DNA from: Reclinomonas americana ATCC 50394
Lineage: Eukaryota
NCBI GenBank assembly: GCA_048213135.1
Contig: PS015249.1
Span: forward strand, 80,537-100,536
Direction: 5' to 3'
DNA length: 20,000 bases
A model generated the notes under the pieces. It did no database searches. It saw only the letters and a program-made list of their open reading frames with translations, and was not told the origin of the DNA. Made by a program: the position numbers and the translations under genes. This document shows positions 11,633 to 20,000 of the stretch, piece after piece (the stretch's first letter is position 1; the number at the start of each line of letters is the position of its first letter).

Positions 11633-11984
11633 TAGAGTAGAGTAGTAGTAGTACGTACGTACGTACGTACGTACGTACGTACGAACGTACGTACGTACGA
11701 CGTACGACGACGACGACGACGACGAACGTANNNNNNNNNNNNNNNNNNNNNNNNNNNNNNNNNNNNNNNNNNNNNNNNNNNNNNNNNNNNNNNNNNNNNN
11801 NNNNNNNNNNNNNNNNNNNNNNNNNNNNNNNNNNNNNNNNNNNNNNNNNNNNNNNNNNNNNNNNNNNNNNNNNNNNNNNNNNNNNNNNNNNNNNNNNNNN
11901 NNNNNNNNNNNNNNNNNNNNNNNNNNNNNNNNNNNNNNNNNNNNNNNNNNNNNNNNNGACGACAAACGAACAGACGAGTACGAC

Positions 11985-12050
<66 letters not shown>

Positions 12051-12196
12051 TACATACATACATACATACATACATACACACACTCACTCACTCACTCACT
12101 CACTCACTCACTCACACAGAGAGAGAGAGAGAGACGAGTGATGGGAGAGAACTGACTGCTTGCAGACTCAAACGATGCGGAGTGACATGCGCACAG

Positions 12197-12238
<42 letters not shown>

Positions 12239-15200
12239 AGTGATGAGAGAGAACTGACTGTACAGCCTTAGAATGGTGCAGAGTGACTGTGTAGACTCAT
12301 CATGCGCACACACTGAACGTGAAACATCGCTCCACTTCCTTCTCTCTGACTCTTCTCTATTTCTCTCTCTCTTATCTCGCTCAGGCCAAGTCGTTTCTGT
12401 CATCGGCGGCCGTGTTCCTCGTGCTTCACAATCAGGAGGCGGTAAAGTGCCCCGACATGACGTTGGGGTTTTGTGATTCGAAGCAGAAGCCGGTGTTGCG
12501 GACGATTTCTGGGTCTGATCTGCAGCATTCGCCGTCGGTGAGGAGGGAAGGGACAGGGACGGGGAGGCAGAGGGAGGATCTCTCTGTATGCTCACCTGTC
12601 TTTGCAATTGTCGAGGTTTCTTTGTGACTGTTTCTTCTTGCCCCTCTGGCGTTCTTTGCATCTGTCTCTCGAATCTCAGTGGCTTGTATGGCCTCACGTT
12701 CTTCCCCTTCTCTTGTTCTTCGTGCGTGTCTCTCTCCTCTCGTCGTGGTCTCTCATTGTCTTTGTGATTGCTAGCTTCTTCATTGCAGCTGTTTCTCTTC
12801 TCTCTCTGTCTTTCTTCGGCTGTTGCTTTGTCTGTCTCTCCTGCCTCCGTGCTCAGTGTTGCCGTTGTCGAGGAGACGCTTGGTATGACTGTCATCTCGT
12901 TTCCCTTCTTCTGCTCTTCGTGTCTGTCTCTCGTCTCTCCGTTGTCTGTGTGGCCACAGTCGATATGACTGCTGGTTTCTTGGTATGGCTGTTATCTTCT
13001 TTCCCTTCTCCTGTTCTTCGTGTCTGTCTCTCGTCTCTACGTGGTCTGTTTGGCCACCGTCGAGCACGTGCTAGCTTCTCGCTCTGTGGCTGGCATCTCG
13101 TCTCCTTTCTTCGGCTGTGACAGTGTCTTTTCGTGGCCTGTGTGGCACCGTCATGGTCTTTGCGACTGCGGGTATCTTCGTTGCAGCTGCTTTTTCTTCT
13201 CTCTGTCTTTCTTCGGCTGTTGCTTTGTCTGTCTCTCCTCCCTCCGTGCTCAGTGTTGCCGTTGTTGAGGAGACGCTTGGTATGGCTGTCATCTCGTTTC
13301 CCTTCTTCTTGCTGTGACTGGCATCTCGTCTCCTTTGTCTCACGTCTCTACGTGGTCTGTGCTACGAGCTTCACGGCTGTGTGGCTGCCGACGTCTTGAT
13401 ACGGCTGTCAACTTTTTCCTTTCTCCTGCTCTTTGCGTCTGTCTCCGTGGTCTGCTTGGCCACCGTCGAGCACGTGCTAGCTTCTCGTTGTGGCTGGCAT
13501 CTCGTCTTTTTTCTTCAGCTGTGACAGTGTCTGTCTCCCGTCTCTTCGTGGTCTGTGTGACACCTTCATGGTCTTTGCAACGGCGGGTATCTTCTCTTCT
13601 CTTCTCCTCTCTTTGCTGATTTCAGCCTCTTCCTTCCTGGTCTGTTCTTTGACCTTCCTCCTCCTCCCTCCGCAGTACTGCAACGTGGTGTACGACACGG
13701 CCGGTCTCATGGAGACGTACGTGGTGCTGGCCGTGGCCAATCAACTCATCTTTCTGACGGCCATTCTGTTGCGCACGTTTCGACCATTCGCGGCCGCCGC
13801 CACCATCATCGGGTGTGTGCGTGTGTGACAAATCGCAAGAAGAAATGATGATCTCTGATCCCATTTCATCGCAGTTACACGGTGACAGTGTTGTCGGCGT
13901 TGTTTGGTGTGGCACAGTACTCTCTGGTGTACTACCTGCCGTTCCTGAGGGCACGTTTCAAGTGCTATGTGGATCAGGTGAGTCGCCGCCGTTACCATTT
14001 CCCCTCTCTTTGTCTACACATTGCCTCACTCGCGTGTCCAGTTTACCAGCACCAACTGTACCGGCTTGATGATATCGATGAATGTCACGCAATTATATGC
14101 CGACGTTGGTTGCTCGGGCTACTACGGCAGCCAGACGCCCATATGTCCATACACCAACAACTGCATGACAACCTATTCGTGTGGCAAGTGAGTGAGTGCA
14201 GTCTGCGAACATAGAGCAAGAAACGCATTCTCTCTTACTCTGCTTTTCACAGCTGCCAGGCCTTTGTGCCGACCGAAGTGTTTCTGCTTTCCGTCGCATT
14301 CCTCGTCTCCTGTGAGTATGCCACACACACTGGCACTCATCGTGCTTTTCCTATCTCGCCTTACAAGTTCGCGTCCCCCTTCACCGCACGCGCAGCGTTG
14401 TATGTGGCGTTCCTGGGCTTCGAGTACCAGCGCAAGATACCGCCAGACATGGAGTGCTCGTTTTCCGACTTTTGGCGCGACTGCACGTGTCGGCGGAGGC
14501 GAAAGAGTGCCAAGGATCGCGATCAGCTCTTGGACGGTGACAATGCCGCGGTGGTGACTGCCACGGTTGCGGGTATCAATCAGCCCGCCGACGGTGAAAA
14601 CACGGTGGTGGCGGTGGTGGCGACTCCCTCTGCAGCAGCAGTAACCGCGGCGGCGGCGGCGGCGGCGGCAAGAGATCGGCAAGAGGAAGAGGAGGAAGAC
14701 GATGATGGACAGGAGGGCAAATTGCTGGCGATTACCGTGCAGCAGCTGGAGATCCGCCAAGGCATTCTCCGCCACGCCTTCGGTCTCATGTCGGACATTA
14801 CGTCGCTCGCCAAACTCGGACTCACGCTCGTCTCCATGTGGTTCCTCACGTTGAGCCCGAATGTTCACTGCTTCGATTATCGTACGTTCATCTACTCCCT
14901 GTCTTTCATCAGACGGTGAACTGACTGCATTGCCGTGGCTCGCAGAGGGCGTTATTGCCGGCTACACCATCCAGAGCAGTGTTTGCAGACCGTTCACGCT
15001 CAACAACCTCCCCGTGGCCTACACTTTCATGGTGGGCACGGCGTGCATTCTGCTGCTGTTCATCTCGTGCATCGTATTGAACTACACTGTCGCGTTCGTG
15101 GAGAACCGTCTCGGTGAGTGTGTGGCACGGGCGACTTGGCCATCGCTGTGGACAGGGAGATTTATTATTTGCATGTGCAGGTGTCGCGCTGTTCCACGCC

Positions 15201-15672
15201 GTTGCCGCCACACTAATGTTGTTCCTCCTGCTGTCCACCTACATTACGGCATACTTTGTGCCGATGTTGTACGAGTGTTACGGTAACAGTCCGACGCGCA
15301 CGTATGGCGGCATCTGCAAGCACAAGAAAGTCGACGCTACGACGCTGAAGGTTCCCGGCGTCACCGGCACCATCGACTGCGACCAGCAGTGCACCATGGG
15401 CGTCTCATCGGCCACTCTTCCACTCAGTGCGTGCCCTCCCTCGCTGTGCGTGCTTGTGTTTTCTAATGTGGCTGACCGTGCTCCGCAGTTGCCATTGCCA
15501 TCTCCTCGTACGTCTACATGCTTGTGCTTTGTTGCGTCTGCTGTGCATTACACCGACTGTATTCGTGTCATCTCACCGTCGTCATGTGCGCCACTCAGTG
15601 TTCCGGTACTGGCTGTCAGCGAAGCGAGTGGCTATCCGGCGGCATCGTGAACTGGCAAGGAAACTGGCATAA
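11426..15672 (+). CDS. Uncharacterised 8-TM membrane protein B (two tandem 4-TM units with Cys-rich loops), about 556 aa; paralog of 7786-11350
   Basis: 11 exons: 11426-11482, 12385-12537, 13676-13812, 13875-13977, 14042-14187, 14253-14311, 14396-14881, 14946-15113, 15181-15426, 15489-15530, 15599-15672; total 1671 nt, in frame. Starts MVSAFWRRTFIFVQDASVMAKSFLSSAAVFLVL and ends LFRYWLSAKRVAIRRHRELARKLA*. Six exons have the same length as in paralog A (57, 137, 103, 246, 42, 74 nt). Confidence 0.85.
11544..12260. repeat. (GA)n, (CA)n, (TACA)n, (CACT)n microsatellites flanking an assembly gap (intron 1 of membrane protein B)
   Basis: Directly visible. Also a short duplication GAGAC[G/A]AGTGATG[G/A]GAGAGAACTGACTG at about 12131 and about 12233. 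Confidence 0.9.
11731..11957. other. Assembly gap (N run)
   Basis: 227 N, intronic under the proposed model. Confidence 1.
12620..13620. repeat. Degenerate tandem repeat, unit about 400 bp, about 2.5 copies (intron 2 of membrane protein B)
   Basis: A block of about 105 bp (TCTCTGTCTTTCTTCGGCTG...CTCGTTTCCCTTCTT) recurs at about 12803 and 13200; TTGGCCACCGTCGAGCACGTGCTAGCTTCTCG at about 13050 and 13456; CATGGTCTTTGCxACxGCGGGTATCTTC at about 13152 and 13567. Confidence 0.85.
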
Positions 15673-16013
15673 GGATCACATAGAATGAATAGCAACAATC
15701 AAACAAGAGTTGGCAAGGGACGCAACCCTGCTTTCGTTGACCATTCCCGTGTCTCCTTTGACCCTTGTGCATCTCCCAGTGACCCTTGTACCCGGCCGTG
15801 CATCGATCCTGGCATCTATGACTCTTCCCTTCGCAGGACAACTTAGAGGTAAAGGTTGGTCAAAGAATCGCGTGTTTGCAACAACATACGGGCTTCGGAT
15901 CCAGATCGTACGCACACAGCAGCACTTTTCAATCACAGTCCACCTGGAGGCATCTTCTCCAACAAAACGTCGCGTCCGATCGCATCCATCGCATCTTTTC
16001 GTCGATCGCAATC

Positions 16014-19000
16014 ATGGGCAACGCGTGCGGCGCCAGTGTGCCTCGCGTATCCGTTCGCCGTCTCGCCCTGCACTCCGTCCCCGCAGAAAGCGCCACTGAC
16101 ACAGGCGACTCTTCAACAGATGCTCTCCGAGTTGCTTATGACAAAAGACCCGCTCTCTCTCCTGCTCACTCTCTCACTCTCGCATGACAACAGTCGGGGC
16201 ACGTGGCAGTGGCCATTGACGCACATCGCGTTCTCATGTTTGGCGGGCATGTGGAGCACAAGTCGTCGACTTCCAATCGTCGACACGCGCACCAGCGCAG
16301 TGATGGAACGGGAGCGCCTCCAACGCGAGTGGAGTGTGAGATCACTGATCATCATCATCATCACAACAGTAGTCATGCAGGTCTTTCATGAAAACAACAC
16401 AGTGACAGATAGTGTGTTCGGATCTCTGATGTGAATGATCGTGCAGTGGATCACACCGAGGCAACGTTCTCCAACGACCTGATGGTGATCGACACGGAGT
16501 TTCATGAGAGAAGGCGAGTGGCGTGGAAGATGGAGGCGGGTGAGGCGCCACCGGCTCCGCGAGCGCGATGCACGTTGACGGCGTTGGAGTTGGGTGGCAG
16601 CAGTGGATTTGTGCTGTGGGGTGGCCAGTTGGGACCGAGGGCGTTCAGCAATGAGACGCTGTGGTTGCAGTTTGCTGATGGTGAGCAGAGGGGGGAGAAA
16701 GGGGGACAGGGGTAAAGGGGAAGGGAGGAGAAGGGAGGGAAGGGAGTAAGGGAAGAGGGAACTGAGATCATCTTGGGTCGTCTGTTTAAATTATGCTCTT
16801 CGCAGTGAGTGCCACCGAGATGCAATGCAAGGCCATACAATTGGAAGGCGCGGTTCCAACGCCACGATGTGGTCACTCCTGGTGAGTTTCTCTCCCTTGT
16901 TCCAATTCCCCCCCTGTACCACTTCATTCCTCACTCACTGCGTTTCTTCAGCGTGAGGTATCATGACAAACTGGTAATATTTGGTGGCTACGACGGTCAG
17001 CAGCTCCTGGCCGACATGTACAGTATCGATATAGGTTGCGTCACTCTCTCTCCACTGCCCCCTCTAAGAAGAAGTGCCGCGCCTCACCCGTTGCGAGCAG
17101 AAGCACGCACAAGCGAGGTGCTGGAGCCGCATGGCACACCGCCAATGGCTCGCTGTGGTCACGCGGCTGCGATGATATCTCCCCACGTCATGCTCGTGTT
17201 TGGTGGCATGCAGCCGGAGTGGCCGTGGGCACCGCGAGCGCACGTGTACGATTTTGGTTCGTGGGATTTTTCCTATTTCGCTCTCGTCTTTCTCTCACAT
17301 GCATCCGCCTCTGTGCAGACAGAAAACGATGGCGTGCCGTGCACTTCCTTGGACGCATTCCACCGGCCGTCGCATACGCCTCGTTCACCAAGGTCGCCGA
17401 GGGTGGCTTCTTGCTGGTGGGCGGCGAGACGGTGCACATGACGGCCAGCGAGCATCTGCATTATCTGTCGGTGGACGGCATGCACTGGTCGCAGGTGAAG
17501 CATTCGTGGCGGCGCGGAAAGGCACCGCGTCGTTTCGGCGAACAGGTGGTCATGCTCGGCACGGATCGCGGCCTGCTGTGCGGCGGCGAGGATGACTTTG
17601 GGCCGTCGGACGACGTCTACGAGATTCGCCTGGGTTTGTGGATTGGCGAGCTGTTTTGTTTCCCCATGCTTATTATTAACACGTGCGTGTTACAGCGTCA
17701 AGTGTGGCCGCAGCACGAGCAGCAACCGAGCATGGTAGGCGTGCAATCTCCACCGGTGACACGGCATTTCGCTTTACTTACACTCTTCTCTTCGTCTTTG
17801 CGCAGCGGAGCACACGGAGAAAACGGCAATGCACATTGCGCGCGTCGTGTCACGTGGCTCCCTAAACCACTTGGTCATGGAATGGGATGGTGCACGTCTG
17901 CCCAAACACTACACGCAGCTGCGCGTGCTGCACCGAGCGCCCGGAAAGATGGCTTCCGGTGTGTGCACCACCACCACCGCCACTCGTTTGACTTTTCCCG
18001 TACTCACACTACGCTCACAGTGGCCAGCGAGGCCGTCATCACACCGGGTGCGGGGGAACATAAGCGCCTGCGTGTGGAGCTGCCGCTGCATGAACCCGGC
18101 ATCCACATGCTTCGGCTGGAGGCCTTGGCGCACGTGCCAGCCAGTCGCAGTATCACAATTCCCATCATGGCCGGCACAACGGGTGCTGCGTCTGCTGCTG
18201 CCGCCGCCGCATCACATGCAACCACGATCGGCACGCTTCCGCACTCGGACGATTCCACCGCCGCCGCCCTCGCCTCCTCCTCCTCCTCGACCTCGGCCAC
18301 CGACGTGTGGCTGCTGCGACACATGTCGTCGAGTGGCGGCGGCGGTGGTGGCGGCATGGAATCTGCGCCGTCGCTCGAGTGGATCGCCTCACCTTGGGTC
18401 CGCATCCGTCGCCGCAATCGCGCCTTCCGCGACGGAGTCGAGCACGAAAATGAGGGAGACGACGACGACGATGACGACGACCTGGAGCTCGACGAGACAT
18501 CGCCCTCCCCACCAGTCAAAGGNNNNNNNNNNNNNNNNNNNNNNNNNNNNNNNNNNNNNNNNNNNNNNNNNNNNNNNNNNNNNNNNNNNNNNNNNNNNNN
18601 NNNNNNNNNNNNNNNNNNNNNNNNNNNNNNNNNNNNNNNNNNNNNNNNNNNNNNNNNNNNNNNNNNNNNNNNNNNNNNNNNNNNNNNNNNNNNNNNNNNN
18701 NNNNNNNNNNNNNNNNNNNNNNNNNNNNNNNNNNNNNNNNNNNNNNNNNNNNNNNNNNNNNNNNNNNNNNNNNNNNNNNNNNNNNNNNNNNNNNNNNNNN
18801 NNNNNNNNNNNNNNNNNNNNNNNNNNNNNNNNNNNNNNNNNNNNNNNNNNNNNNNNNNNNNNNNNNNNNNNNNNNNNNNNNNNNNNNNNNNNNNNNNNNN
18901 NNNNNNNNNNNNNNNNNNNNNNNNNNNNNNNNNNNNNNNNNNNNNNNNNNNNNNNNNNNNNNNNNNNNNNNNNNNNNNNNNNNNNNNNNNNNNNNNNNNN

Positions 19001-19775
19001 NNNNNNNNNNNNNNNNNNNNNNNNNNNNNNNNNNNNNNNNNNNNNNNNNNNNNNNNNNNNNNNNNNNNNNNNNNNNNNNNNNNNNNNNNNNNNNNNNNNN
19101 NNNNNNNNNNNNNNNNNNNNNNNNNNNNNNNNNNNNNNNNNNNNNNNNNNNNNNNNNNNNNNNNNNNNNNNNNNNNNNNNNNNNNNNNNNNNNNNNNNNN
19201 NNNNNNNNNNNNNNNNNNNNNNNNNNNNNNNNNNNNNNNNNNNNNNNNNNNNNNNNNNNNNNNNNNNNNNNNNNNNNNNNNNNNNNNNNNNNNNNNNNNN
19301 NNNNNNNNNNNNNNNNNNNNNNNNNNNNNNNNNNNNNNNNNNNNNNNNNNNNNNNNNNNNNNNNNNNNNNNNNNNNNNNNNNNNNNNNNNNNNNNNNNNN
19401 NNNNNNNNNNNNNNNNNNNNNNNNNNNNNNNNNNNNNNNNNNNNNNNNNNNNNNNNGTGTGTGTGTCTTTTCTTGTCTGGCAATTGCTGACCCCCTTTTC
19501 TCACAACAGGAAGCCGCAGCACTGGTGCGTCCCCGTACAACTCACTGTCGCGTGTCGGCAGCCGCGCGCGCAGCCGCAGTCGCGACGCTGCAGTGGCGCG
19601 TCGTCTCGGGACATCTGCCGACTTGGTCCTCATTGAGCACTACGTCGACAGTGGTGCCTCTGCGCCAGTCGCTCCCGCCAACGCCAACGCAGGTGCAGTG
19701 GTGGTGGGAAGCCTCTCCGACAGCAGTCTGCAGGGAAGCCCTGTGGAGCAGGGCCGTCTGCCTGCCGCGTGTTAG
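16014..19775 (+). CDS. Kelch-repeat (six-bladed beta-propeller) protein with N-terminal MGNAC acylation-like motif and low-complexity C-terminal region
   Basis: Exons: 16014-16130, 16194-16335, 16447-16680, 16806-16881, 16952-17034, 17101-17256, 17319-17633, 17696-17734, 17806-17958, 18021-18521, then the gap, then 19510-19775. Six kelch GG motifs (MFGG, LWGG, IFGG, VFGG, LVGG, LCGG), several preceded by PR-x-x-H-type motifs (RSGH, PRARC, PRCGH, ARCGH). The last exon joins in frame across the gap if 18522 is a donor G; further exons could be hidden in the gap. Confidence 0.85.
18523..19456. other. Assembly gap (N run)
   Basis: 934 N, inside the kelch gene. Confidence 1.
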
Positions 19776-20000
19776 TCACGCGCAGCAGCAGCAGGTGCAT
19801 CCGATGGGCGATGCATTTTGGGGTGCGGGTGATGATTTGCGCAGATAGCATTGGCTTGGGGGGAAGGCTCGCTACCTCCCCCGCTCAGTGTTTCTCTACG
19901 CGCGCGCTCGTGTTTTCTTCTTGTTGATTGTTGGAGGGGCATTTTGGCGATACAAAATGGATGGATCACACCCTCTCTTTTTTAATGCTACTTGCGCCGC

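Noticed and set aside
11626-11990. (GTAC)n / (GAC)n / AGTAG runs flanking the N gap, superficially a palindromic repeat array
   Set aside because: The sequence degrades from (GA)n into TACG cycling right at a contig end. This matches the 454 pyrosequencing flow-order (TACG) noise pattern, so it is probably an artefact.
12104-13619. Several 60-260 aa ORFs on both strands with repeated peptides (e.g. MTVIPSVSSTTATLSTE...)
   Set aside because: They arise from the intronic tandem repeat and its strand-biased composition. Frames are broken between copies and no transposase or RT motif is present.
17036-19636. 866-, 553- and 414-aa ORFs spanning the gap (and similar ORFs at 11270-12091)
   Set aside because: Their length is inflated by N runs translated as X.
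1-20000. CRISPR arrays, rRNA/tRNA genes, prokaryotic operons or defence systems, autonomous transposons
   Set aside because: I saw no regularly spaced repeat-spacer array, no recognisable structural RNA and no transposase or RT motifs. The DNA is spliceosomal-intron-containing eukaryotic sequence.

Overview
Gene-dense, intron-rich eukaryotic DNA, probably from a protist (organism not identified). It has short GT-AG introns, microsatellite-rich long introns and two N gaps, so the ORF track is mostly misleading. Manual splicing gives six protein genes: (1) the 3' part of a hypothetical protein with C-terminal TM segments (+, to 2421); (2) a type II membrane fucosyltransferase, GT37/GT23-like (-, 5069-2473); (3) an MBOAT sterol O-acyltransferase, SOAT/ACAT-like (+, 5444-7624); (4, 5) two paralogous membrane proteins of about 560 aa (-, 11350-7786 and +, 11426-15672); (6) an MGNAC-starting six-repeat kelch protein (+, 16014-19775). 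The main finding is genes 4 and 5. They lie head-to-head with only 75 bp between the ATGs, and that spacer carries an inverted repeat. Each protein consists of two tandem 4-TM units with Cys-rich loops, and I do not recognise the family. The topology is reminiscent of large-pore channel or tetraspan proteins, so a co-expressed heteromeric membrane complex is a candidate. All exon coordinates were derived by hand and need RNA confirmation.
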